DNA of 64,000 nucleotides from Heterodontus francisci (taxonomy: Eukaryota), in the NCBI RefSeq assembly GCF_036365525.1, contig NC_090376.1, positions 112,275,651 through 112,339,650 on the forward strand, given 5' to 3'. Position 1 is the stretch's first letter. The number at the start of each line of letters is the position of its first letter. A model generated the notes under the pieces. It was not told the DNA's origin. It worked only from the letters and a program-made list of their open reading frames with translations, and made no database searches. The position numbers were made by a program, and so were the translations under genes. Shown piece by piece: positions 49,441 to 59,953 of this stretch.

Positions 49441-49853
49441 ATAAACTCGGATTGTTTTCACTGGAACGACGGAGGTGGAAGGGCGACATGATAGAGGTTT
49501 ACAAAGTTATGAGCGGCATGGACAGAGTGGATAGTCAGAAGCTTTTTTCCAGGGTGCAAGAGTCAGTTACTAGGGGACATAGGTTTAAAGTGAGCGGGGA
49601 AAAGTTTAGAGGGGATGTGCGAGGCAAGTTCTTTACACAGAGTGTGGTGAGTGCCTGGAACTTGCTGCCAGGGGAGGTGGTGGAAGCAGGTATGATAGCG
49701 ACGTTTAAGAGGCATCTTGACAAATACATGAATAGGATGGGAATAGAGGGATACGGACCCCGGAAGTGCAGAAGGTTTAGTTTAGGCAGGCATCAAGATC
49801 GGCGCATGCTTGGAGGGCCGAATGGCCTGTTCCTGTGCTGCACTGTTCTTTGT
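49441..49853 (+). mobile_element. CR1 3' fragment with well-preserved CpGs, inside the unclassified element
   Basis: Translates to KLGLFSLERRRWKGDMIEVYK..TRGHRFKV..FFTQSVVSAWNLLP, followed by the tail gggccgaatggcctgttcctgtgctg. Confidence 0.9.
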
Positions 49854-51539
49854 CACGTGATGACGTCATCGGCGCATGCGCTAACCAGTCCTAGCAAGTC
49901 GGAACGCAGCGCACACGCAGAGAGCAGGAGCCAGTCTGCGCAAGTGCACACCTTGGTGCAGCCTGATGACGTCAGTGGCCGGCTGCGTTGTCAGGAATCA
50001 CTTTGTTAAAAAAAACTTGAGATCACGGTAAATAGTAATATAAACTATAATGCAGCTGCACTTAATAGAATTTCATTTAGTGGTTGAACAATTTTGTATC
50101 ATGGAAGGAGGAATTTAAAACACAAAAGTAAAAACGATAAAAAGTGTAAGACTGCAGCAGCATTTGTGTTTGCAATATGAGCATTGTGAAAAGGCAAGTT
50201 CAAAAGACACCAAGATGTTAATTTAGCAGGTGATTAAGTTCAATTAATTTTATTCCCAAATCCCACTTAAAAGTGTTAATCGGCAGTTGTGATATTAAAA
50301 ATGATTTAATTCAATTCATGGATTTATCTTTTATGCAACATTGCACAAAAGCAAAAAAAAAAATTATTTATGTGGATGAAAGAAAGTTAAGGAGGATAGA
50401 AACTGATGGGTCAAAGTTAGGTTGTTGAAGTTTCGATTCAGTTTATTTATTTTTTAAAAAAGCATTTCCCAGCATGTCCTAAAGTTGTTTCAACTCCATA
50501 TTTTATTTAGGGCAACAGATGCCAGTACCATTTCAGATGCTGCACTTTCCCCTGCCCTTCTCCATTTTGAGCATTTTATCCGAAGCACATGGTGAAAATT
50601 GCTTCTTTTGTACACTGTGACACTTCAGAGTAGCAGAAAGGAGTGAGATTGATCAATGACCTTCGAAAGGCAAGCTTATGGTAGAAACACCCTATATACT
50701 AAAAAAAAAGTTTGCATATCTAATAATTAGTGATCCTCAGGAAAAATCATGTAAAGCGGGGAGGGGGGGGGGGGGGTGGTGGAAACAGGGGTGAAGTGCT
50801 ATTTACATGATTAATTCATGGCAAATAGCCCAGCAACGACTCAAGTATTTCATGCACAAAGCATTTCAATAAGCATGAAAGCAAACTCATGCATTTTCTT
50901 GGTGATGACTGCAGTGCTGTTGCAACTGTTACCCAGTTGATAAGTCATCATTCACTTCTGTCAGATTTCCATTACACAGCACAGATAGATAACTAACTCA
51001 TTTGTTTGTCTTGCCTTTACCTAACCTACTCATTCACTTCCAGTCTTACCACTAACTAGTTCATTTGCAGCGTTGATAACTGCTTCATTTAAGCCTTTGA
51101 CAACACAAAGACATAAAAGGTCGTTACTAAACCAAACAAACTATAGCTCAATGTGATTTCATACATTTCTCATGAGTCATCAGAGAGCAATTTTAAGACT
51201 TAAAAGAACAACATGATTTTCCTTTGAGCACCGAAGATGAAGTGAATGCAGCTTTCAAACTATTGGGGGAAAGGTTTGTTCGTGTTGCACTGCTTCTAGA
51301 GGTACTATGCAGACTTGCATCAATTCCCCTGGGGGACAGGAAACACCAGGGTCAGGGGGGTGGGGGGCATTCTCCACTGATATGCCTTCCTCGGGGAATC
51401 AACAAAGTCTGCTTGAAGCTGCACTACATGAATGAATGTCTCCTTCACTAAGTTTTTATTTAATAGTTGTAAATATTATGTAATTTTTTAAATTATCAAG
51501 TAGAATTAGATAAATAAGCAAATTCATAGGAACTGCATT

Positions 51540-54264
51540 CTTTCTTTTTTTCTTTTGGGCCTCCTTATCTCGAGAGACAATAGATACGCGCCTGGACGTG
51601 GTCAGTGGTTTGTGAAGCAGCGCCTGGAGTGGCTATAAAGGCCAATTCTGGAGTGACAGGCTCTTCCACAGGTGCTGCAGAGAAATTTGTTTGTTGGGGC
51701 TGTTGCACAGTTGGCTCTCCCCTTGCGCCTCTGTCTTTTTTCCTGCCAACTACTAAGTCTCTTCGACTCGCCACAATTTAGCCCTGTCTTTATGGCTGCC
51801 CGCCAGCTCTGGCGAATGCTGGCAACTGACTCCCACGACTTGTGATCAATGTCACACGATTTCATGTCGCGTTTGCAGACGTCTTTATAACGGAGACATG
51901 GACGGCCGGTGGGTCTGATACCAGTGGCGAGCTCGCTGTACAATGTGTCTTTGGGGATCCTGCCATCTTCCATGCGGCTCACATGGCCAAGCCATCTCAA
52001 GCGCCGCTGACTCAGTAGTGTGTATAAGCTGGGGGTGTTGGCCGCTTCAAGGACTTCTGTGTTGGAGATATAGTCCTGCCACCTGATGCCAAGTATTCTC
52101 CGAAGGCAGCGAAGATGGAATGAATTGAGACGTCGCTCTTGGCTGGCATACGTTGTCCAGGCCTCGCTGCCGTAGAGCAAGGTACTGAGGACACAGGCCT
52201 GATACACTCGGACTTTTGTGTTCCGTGTCAGTGCGCCATTTTCCCACACTCTCTTGGCCAGTCTGGACATAGCAGTGGAAGCCTTACCCATGCGCTTGTT
52301 GATTTCTGCATCTAGAGACAGGTTACTGGTGATAGTTGAGCCTAGGTAGGTGAACTCTTGAACCACTTCCAGAGCGTGGTCGCCAATATTGATGGATGGA
52401 GCATTTCTGACATCCTGCCCCATGATGTTCGTTTTCTTGAGGCTGATGGTTAGGCCAAATTCATTGCAGGCAGACACAAACCTGTCGATGAGACTCTGCA
52501 GGCATTCTTCAGTGTGAGATGTTAAAGCAGCATCGTCAGCAAAGAGGAGTTCTCTGATGAGGACTTTCCGTACTTTGGACTTCGCTCTTAGACGGGCAAG
52601 GTTGAACAACCTGCCCCCTGATCTTGTGTGGAGGAAAATTCCTTCTTCAGAGGATTTGAACGCATGTGAAAGCAGCAGGGAGAAGAAAATCCCAAAAGGT
52701 GTGGGTGCGAGAACACAGCCCTGTTTCACACCACTCAGGATAGGAAAGGGCTCTGATGAGGAGCCACCATGTTGAATTGTGCCTTTCATATTGTCATGGA
52801 ATGAGGTGATGATACTTAGTAGCTTTGGTGGACATCCGATCTTTTCTAGTAGTCTGAAGAGACCACGTCTGCTGACGAGGTCAAAGGCTTTGGTGAGATC
52901 AATGAAAGCAATGTAGAGGGGCATCTGTTGTTCACGGCATTTCTCCTGTATCTGACGAAGGGAGAACAGCATGTCAATAGTCGATCTCTCTGCACGAAAG
53001 CCACACTGTGCCTCAGGGTAGACGCGCTCGGCCAGCTTCTGGAGCCTGTTCAGAGCGACTCGAGCAAAGACTTTCCCCACTATGCTGAGCAGGGAGATTC
53101 CACGGTAGTTGTTGCAGTCACCGCGGTCACCTTTGTTTTTATAGAGGGTGATGATGTTGGCATCGCGCATGTCCTGGGGTACTGCTCCCTCGTCCCAGCA
53201 CAGGCATAGCAGTTCATGTAGTGCTGAGAGTATAGCAGGCTTGGCACTCTTGATTATTTCAGGGGTAATGCTGTCCTTCCCAGGGGCTTTTCCGCTGGCT
53301 AGGGAATCAATGGCATCACTGAGTTCCGATTTGGTTGGCTGTATGTCCAGCTCATCCATGACTGGTAGAGGCTGGGCTGCATTGAGGGCAGTCTCAGTGA
53401 CAGCATTCTCCCTGGAGTACAGTTCTAGGTAGTGCTCAACCCAGCGGTCCATCTGTTTGCGTTGGTCAGTGATTTTGTCCCCCGATTTAGATTTGAGGGG
53501 GGTGATCTTCTTGATGGTTGGCCCAAGAGCTCTCTTCATGCCATCATACATTCCTCTGATGTTTCCGGTGTCTGAGGCCAGCTGAATATGGCTGCATAGG
53601 TGTTGCCAGTAGTCGTTTGCGCAACGCCTAGCTGTTCTTTGTGCAGTACTTCTGGCTGCTTTAAGTGCTGCGGATGTTAAAACGCTGGGGGCTTTCTTGT
53701 AGTTCAAAAGTGCAATGCGCTTAGCGGCTATGACAGGTTCCAGCTCTTCATTATGAGATTGAAACCAGTCTGCATTTCTCTTCGCACTTTTGCCGTAGGT
53801 GGTCAAAGCTGACTCATAGATGGCGTCTCTGATGTGGGCCCACTTGGTCTCAGCATCCCCTGTGGGAGTGTTTTGAAGGGCTGTTACAAGTGAATTTAGA
53901 AATTTTTGTAACAGCTGTGGGTGAGAAATTCTGCTCGTGTTGATGCGCGGGTGGCCCTTCTGCTTGGAATGATGCAACTTCTTTGGTCTGAGTCTAACCT
54001 TGCTGCACACCAGGGAGTGGTCGGTGTCGCAGTCCGCACTGTGGAAGCTGCGTGTGATTTGAACACTGTTTAAGGCGGCTCGCCTTGTGACAATGAGGTC
54101 TAGCTGGTGCCAACGACGTGATCTTGGGTGCCTCCATGAAACCTGGTGACAGGGTTTAGTGTGAAAGAACGAGTTGGTGATGCAGAGGTTATGATAGGTA
54201 CACAACTCAAGCAGTCTCTGCCCGTTCTCATTCATCCTTCCAACGCCATAGCGCCCAAGGCAGG
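51540..54264 (-). mobile_element. Young 5'-truncated RTE-clade LINE
   Basis: Perfect 12-bp TSD aggaactgcatt (51528-51539 and 54265-54276), a short 3' UTR and an A-rich (aaag) tail. Confidence 0.95.
51602..54235 (-). CDS. RTE ORF: partial APE endonuclease, reverse transcriptase and C-terminal C2H2-like motif (N-terminus lost by truncation)
   Basis: Uninterrupted 877 aa with NENGQRLLELC, DTDH, KAPGKD, NYRGISLL, FIDLTKAFD, GVKQGCVLAP, LFADD and CSTCGRACHSRIGLYSH. Confidence 0.93.
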   Translation of the reverse strand: MNENGQRLLELCTYHNLCITNSFFHTKPCHQVSWRHPRSRRWHQLDLIVTRRAALNSVQITRSFHSADCDTDHSLVCSKVRLRPKKLHHSKQKGHPRINTSRISHPQLLQKFLNSLVTALQNTPTGDAETKWAHIRDAIYESALTTYGKSAKRNADWFQSHNEELEPVIAAKRIALLNYKKAPSVLTSAALKAARSTAQRTARRCANDYWQHLCSHIQLASDTGNIRGMYDGMKRALGPTIKKITPLKSKSGDKITDQRKQMDRWVEHYLELYSRENAVTETALNAAQPLPVMDELDIQPTKSELSDAIDSLASGKAPGKDSITPEIIKSAKPAILSALHELLCLCWDEGAVPQDMRDANIITLYKNKGDRGDCNNYRGISLLSIVGKVFARVALNRLQKLAERVYPEAQCGFRAERSTIDMLFSLRQIQEKCREQQMPLYIAFIDLTKAFDLVSRRGLFRLLEKIGCPPKLLSIITSFHDNMKGTIQHGGSSSEPFPILSGVKQGCVLAPTPFGIFFSLLLSHAFKSSEEGIFLHTRSGGRLFNLARLRAKSKVRKVLIRELLFADDAALTSHTEECLQSLIDRFVSACNEFGLTISLKKTNIMGQDVRNAPSINIGDHALEVVQEFTYLGSTITSNLSLDAEINKRMGKASTAMSRLAKRVWENGALTRNTKVRVYQACVLSTLLYGSEAWTTYASQERRLNSFHLRCLRRILGIRWQDYISNTEVLEAANTPSLYTLLSQRRLRWLGHVSRMEDGRIPKDTLYSELATGIRPTGRPCLRYKDVCKRDMKSCDIDHKSWESVASIRQSWRAAIKTGLNCGESKRLSSWQEKRQRRKGRANCATAPTNKFLCSTCGRACHSRIGLYSHSRRCFTNH

Positions 54265-54399
54265 AGGAACTGCATTAATTCATGACATTATAACACAAAA
54301 AAAGTTTTAGTATGGACACAGAAAAGCTATTGTGGCCCTTGATGAATTAAATTCGGGGAGTCAACAATGACTCAGCTGATACAGTGGGTCTTGAACCCA

Positions 54400-54560
54400 C
54401 AACCTAGGACTTGAGCACAAAAACCTAGTGCAGTACTGAGGGTGTGTTGCATTGTCAGGGATATTATCTTTTGAATGAAATGTTAAATAGAGGTTCCGTC
54501 TGCCCTCTCTGGTGGATGTAAAAGATCCCATGGCACTATTTCAAAGAGGAGACGGAGAGT
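54400..54560 (+). mobile_element. DeuSINE fragment, cut by the adjacent MITE
   Basis: gtgcagtactgaggg..tgttaaatagaggttccgtctgccctctctggtggatgtaaaagatcccatggcactatttc. Confidence 0.75.
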
Positions 54561-54562
54561 TT

Positions 54563-55535
54563 GGGCTGAATTTTACAGACCCCCCCCCCCCACGTCAGGG
54601 GCCGTGATGGGCAGGGCCGGAAAATGCTTCCAGCAAAGGCCCACCACGGGCCTCAATGCCGCGAAGGCCCGGCCCGATATTTCCAGTGGTGGCGAGGCCT
54701 CGTGGCGGCCCCCCCCTCAGTGACAGGAGAAAAATTTACATATGTAAGTTTATTTAAATAAATGAATTGATAACGTACACGGGTGAGGAGGGGGGAGCAG
54801 GTAAGTTTTTCAGTGGGGAATGTGGGGAGCGGCATCAGTGTAATTTCATTAGTCTAGGGGGTGGTGGGAAGGGGTAAAGTTTAAAGTTGATAAACTTTTG
54901 GGGAGGGGAAGGTCAGGAGCACAAGGTAAGTGTTTGGGGTGAGGGGGAAGAGGGCAGGTCATTAATTCTGTGCTTATTGGTGAGGGGAAAGAGGGTCAGG
55001 ATCACTTTATTTAATTTTTTAAAATCAGTATTACTTTAATTAATGCCCAATTAAAGGTCTCTTCCCACCACCAGTATTAGCCCAGTGGCAGGCAGGCCAC
55101 TCGCCACACAGGAAGCATAACACGCAAAACCATGCAGGGTTGGTTGTTTGCTGGCTCCCGGGGGAGGTCCCTCATTCAAAGACTATCAAGGGACCCGACA
55201 TCGGGAAGAAGGGACCCGACATCGGGAAGGGGGGACCCGACATCGGGAAGGGGGCACCCGCTGAGAGCCAGCCCCTGCTCTTGCTGCCGACTCCCTCCAA
55301 ATCCCTCTCCATGACCCCCTTACCACCATCACACCTGTGGCCTGGGTCCATTGACAATCCTGGGTCTCAGGTGGGTGCATTACTGGCAGCGGCCACCACC
55401 TCCACGGTGGCACTGCTGAGTAAAAGAGCTGTCGGCTTCCAATTAGCTGGTTGCTCTCAGCAGGTGGGACTTCCGTCCTCAGGGTCCTTAATCCCGGGGA
55501 GGGTCTTCTGCTGCCCAGTTAAGTGCCTGATTGGC
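54563..55535. mobile_element. Harbinger MITE-like element, right end missing or rearranged
   Basis: Left TIR GGGCTGAATTTTAC. The interior resembles 24439-25254 and 18801-19802. Confidence 0.7.
55188..55260. repeat. 21-bp tandem repeat, ~3.5 copies
   Basis: Units of RRGGGACCCGACATCGGGAAG. Confidence 0.9.
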
Positions 55536-55965
55536 ATATTCAGCCTGGTTCTCCATTTTATTATCAACCTGACATCTGTCAAACATACTTTTTTTCTGCT
55601 TCATCTTACTCTCTGTCTCTTTCATCTTCCAGGGAGCTCTGGTTCTATTTGTCCTACCTTCCCCTCCTCCCCACCTCATGGGAATGTACCTTGACTGTAT
55701 CTGAACCATGTCCTCTTTAAATTAGAGTTTTGCCTGCCAATCCTTATTCCAATTTACTTGGGCCAGATCCGTTTGCACCCCACTGAAACTGGTCCTCCTC
55801 CAATTACTTATTTTTGCTTTGGACTTCTCTTTGTTCTTTTCCATTGCTAACCCAAACCTTATGATACTACAATCACTGTTTCCTAAATGTTCCCCTCCTG
55901 ACACTTGACCCACCTCATTCCCTAGAACCAGATCCAGCAATGTCTCCTTCCTTTTACTAGGATAC
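55536..55965 (-). mobile_element. CR1 endonuclease-region fragment
   Basis: Translates to LLDLVLGNEVGQV..HLGNSD..IIRF. Confidence 0.8.
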
Positions 55966-56329
55966 GTCTCCTTGAATGAAAACAAACAAAATGGGAACAA
56001 TGAAACCTCACAAGAAGCAACAAACTCAAGATTTTTTCTTTATTGGTCCTGGTTGTCCTGGTTTCTCTCTTTTTCTTCTGTGGTCAGGTCTGTGTTCAGG
56101 ACCATGTGATCAGGTCAGTTTAATAGGAAGCACAGATTGGAAAGGGAAAATGAATGAAAGATACAGAAAGAAATAAATGATATAGAATGAGCTTAATAAA
56201 ATCAATGTGCATTGAAAAATATCAGAAGGTGGAATTGATCGAAAAGGAACAAAATAAAACTTAAATGGAAACAAAATAGAAAAGTAGAGGAAAGGATGGA
56301 TAATGGTAAGAAGGAAAAGAAAGATTTAA

Positions 56330-56835
56330 TGAGGAAATGCAACAATAAGTTGTATCTATATAGCATCTTTAATATAGAATAACATCCCAATGTACTTCAT
56401 AGAGGCAAAAATCAGACAAAAATGGATGTTACACTACTAAAGGAGATAGATATTATGCAAGGTCAGAGGTGTTTTTTTTAAAGGAGGGCCTTAAAAGAAG
56501 AGGGAAGTGAAGAGGTACAGTGGGCTAGAAAGTGTACTCCAGGTATGGAGCCCAGACAGCTCAAGGTACAGCTGACAAAGGCAGGGTGAAAGGAGAGAGG
56601 ATGCACAGGAATTAAGAGTCAGAGAAACAGAGCTCAAGGACAATTGTAGGTCTGAAGGAGGTCAGACAAATAAAGAGGATATAACATAGTTTCAGAAAAA
56701 GATATACAAAAAGGAAAACTACTTCCTTTATTGGGAATTGGTAAGAAGTCAGTTGCAATCTGAGAATTAGGAATGGGCAATAAATGATGGCCTGGCCAGC
56801 AACGCCCACATCTCATGAAGGAATAAAAAAAAAAA
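56330..56835. mobile_element. Decayed L2 3' remnant (-) followed by a LINE 3' tail (+, 56765-56835)
   Basis: Resembles 9240-9500, then aattaggaatgggcaataaatg..gcccacatctcatgaaggaataaaaaaa. Confidence 0.6.
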
Positions 56836-57255
56836 TTGCCTAATTACCCAAAGTAGAGAACAGTTACACCTTCTGGCTCAGAGTATTTAGTAATCATTGC
56901 ACTCTGCAATTTTGTGAAATGTTCTTGAACGAATGCAAAATTCTTCACTTACAATTTCTCATTTTACTAATAGAAGTTATAAACCAGATTCGAGATTCCA
57001 ACTTCATCCCCTGAATCTCTGTTTTTCTGACTCTAACATTTAACTACTCAAGGGTTTGTTAGAGGAAATGGTTTTAAAACACAAGAATTATCATACACCA
57101 GTACCGGAATTTCAATGGCACAGCTAACTTCCCCATGTTGTTTATGGAGTTCTTTTTGCAATTTTATTTTTAAAAGGATGCTTTCAGAGGCTGTATTAAT
57201 ATGCAAATATATCAAAAATTATTTGAGTTCAATTTAACTTAAATGAGGAATTTAC

Positions 57256-57396
57256 CATTCTCATCTGTTGTTTTGGTGATGTAATCTCAAATTGTACTTT
57301 TATGTATACAGCTGTTGCTTGTTCCTCTGTTTCCCATTCCCTATGCACACCAAGTGCAGCCTCGTCCTCATCTTCCAAACAACAGATACAACTTTC
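57256..57396 (-). other. Candidate 141-bp exon (phase 0-0) of an unknown transcript
   Basis: Acceptor ctcaacag/ and donor ATG/gtaaat flank an open frame ESCICCLEDEDEAALGVHREWETEEQATAVYIKVQFEITSPKQQMRM. No homolog recognised. Confidence 0.25.
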
Positions 57397-58399
57397 CTGT
57401 TGAGCAATTTTCAAAAACTCTTTTGAACAGTGACTGGCAGAATGTGTTATTACTCATCACTTGTCAGGCTTATTGATTTAGTTTCATCACTTTGCTATAA
57501 TAGTTGGGTAGCAGGTTCACTGCCCTAACCATTACCTGCCATTCCCTCATTAAATGAGTGACTAACATCATTTGATATTTCACAAATTATTTCCTGGGAG
57601 GGCTGCTGATTGGGGGGGGTGGGGGTGGGGGTGGTGATGGTTTGCGGAGGGGAGAACAAGGGATGGCTTACTTTTGGCTTTCACTTTGGGAATGGCTTCT
57701 CGTGTGTTGAGTATTGAGTGTCCCAGTTCAGCGTCTGTGAGGCATATTTGCAACACCTGCTTTTAAGAGCTGCATAACTAGTAACCTAGAAGCAGTGAGA
57801 TCAGCTAACCTTGCCATCAAGGCAGTTTTTGCTGAACTAGATTCTTCTTTTTCAATTCCATATGGTCAAATATCCACTGCAAGATATAGTCTGGAATCTT
57901 GCTTTGGATACAAATGTTCCCGAGTAATATCAACCCAGGACCTTCAGGGAATTAAAACAAAATCTGAACTATATAACATATAGCTTTACTATGTTGAAGG
58001 TGCTATATAAATACAAGTCTTTGCTGTTGAAATGGCCAAGGAAGTCATTCAAGTACTAGAAGATCTTTTTCAACAGTAAATTGAGCTGCTGCTGCTCAGA
58101 TGTTTTCAAAACCTTACTTTTGCAGTTTGAACTTTACAAGACGACCTCGAGCGACTGCACAATTCTCTAATTGTAGATGTTATAGGTGAAAGCATCTGTG
58201 TTCAACCTACATATTCTAGAGTGATTAACTGTCAAGAGAATGAGGTTTTGACAATAAGGCAGAAGGTAGGTCTGCACTTCCTCTATCCAGTGTTTCTCCA
58301 ACCACCAACACCCACCCCCATCCCAGTAATTAGCTGAAAAGAATTATTAAGCTGTTTGCAAGAGATAGCTTTAAAACCTGCACTGTAATTATCAGCGAT

Positions 58400-58625
58400 A
58401 CTGCCTTTTGGATCAGACGTTAAACTGAAGGCCCCATCTGCTGCTCAAATGGACATATAAAAACTGCAAGAGTAGGGGAGTTCTCCCGGTGCTGTGTTGA
58501 AAATCACCAAAACTGATCATTGATTGTGTGGCCTGTGTATTCAAACTAGCTTCAGCATTTTCATAGAGAGCAGTGATGATACTTCAAAATCATTAATTGG
58601 CTGTAAACCAGGTTGGGACATCCCA
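58400..58625 (+). mobile_element. DeuSINE remnant
   Basis: tgccttttggatcagacgttaaactgaaggccccatctg..aagagtaggggagttctcccggtg. Confidence 0.65.
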
Positions 58626-59953
58626 AGCACACAGAGTTTCTACATAGCTACACGGTAGATACTCAAAAGTAAATGTGCTTTCTGTAGTCATTCTATGGCT
58701 TTCTCTCCCCATGACCCCGCACCCACCCCACAAACACTGACTACATAAATGTTTACAAGCAATTGGGAAGATATCATTTATAGCACGGAGCAATTTAATC
58801 TGCTATTCGCTCTCAAACTTCATTAAGGTGGACAATAAACAGTTAACTCCAGAAAAGGCAACAGCTGTCTTTTCTGTGCCTGATTCTGATTTACATACAG
58901 CAGTAAATACCTGAGGTGACAAGCAGATTACAACAGCAGCAAGCTAATTGAATGGCTGTACAATATTTACCATAGGTACTTTTTGGAAGGAGTTCCTGCC
59001 CTGCCTCAGGATTATTTTCAGTCAACACAAAGGGGTTTTCTTGGAGGATTCAATGATACAGTAGCCCTTTACTAATACACTGGTCACACCGGTACACTGG
59101 TCATCATAGTTCACGTGTTCAAATGACTCCCACATTTATACATGAGCTAACTGAAATATCCCTTCTGGCAGTGACCCACCCCTCTGTTGCACATTAATTT
59201 TATATATTCCCAAGTGAATGTTACAGTTAACACTCACTAGGTGCTGGTATTCTGTGATTATAAAATTGTTGTGGCTAAATTATCAATGAAACTTATGGAA
59301 GGTTCAACATAATTTTGAAATAACATGCTTTCTGGATTATTTTGCAACTATAAAAAATTATAAGTTTCTCTTTATATTTGTTCATGGGATGTGACCATCA
59401 CTGGCAAGGCCAGCATTTTCTGCCCGTTCCTTAATTGCCCTTGAGCAAGAGGTGGTGAGCTGCCTTCTTGAACCGAACCATGTGGCGCAGGTACACCCAC
59501 AGTGTTGTTAGGGAGGGAGTTCCAGCAACAGTGAAGGAATGGCGATATAGTTCCAAGTCAGGATGCTGTGTGACTTGGAGGGGAAGTTGCAGATTGTGGC
59601 ATTCCCACGCATCTGCTGCCCTTGTCCTTTCAGGTCATAGAGGTCACGGGTTTGGAACGTGCTGTTGAAGGAGTCTTGGCGAGCTGCTGCAGTGCATCTT
59701 AGATGGTACACACTGATGTAACTGAGCAGCAGTGGTGGAGGGAGTGAATATTTAAAGTGGTGGAATATTAAAGGGGTGTCGATTAAGTGCGCTGCTTTGT
59801 CCTGGATGGTGGTTGAGCTTCAAGTGTTGTTGGAGCTGCACTCATCAGGAAAGTGGACAGAATTCCATTCCATTCATGACTTGTGCCTTGTAGATGGTGG
59901 ACAGGATTTGAGGGAGTCAGGCGGCGAGTTAGTCGCAACAGAATTCCCAATCT

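Larger units (their letters stand above)
48859..50005. mobile_element. Unclassified CpG-rich element with sub-terminal inverted repeats
   Basis: CTGACAACGC (48870-48879) and GCGTTGTCAG (49985-49994) each lie 11 nt inside flanking TTAAAAAAA repeats. The interior has a GC-rich minisatellite (~49040-49340) and a CR1 3' fragment. Confidence 0.55.

Noticed and set aside
48994-49489. Pro/Gly-rich ORFs of 114-161 aa
   Set aside because: They arise from a GC-rich minisatellite that lacks stop codons. No domain is recognisable.
50903-50951. Stem-loop tgatgact..agtcatca considered as a SECIS element or C/D snoRNA
   Set aside because: The ATGA-to-AA spacing is too long for SECIS, and there is no suitably placed CTGA box D or terminal stem.
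55188-55260. 21-bp repeats with internal dyad (CCCGA-CA-TCGGG) resembling a CRISPR array
   Set aside because: The units are directly adjacent with no unique spacers, there are no cas genes, and the context is a eukaryotic MITE.
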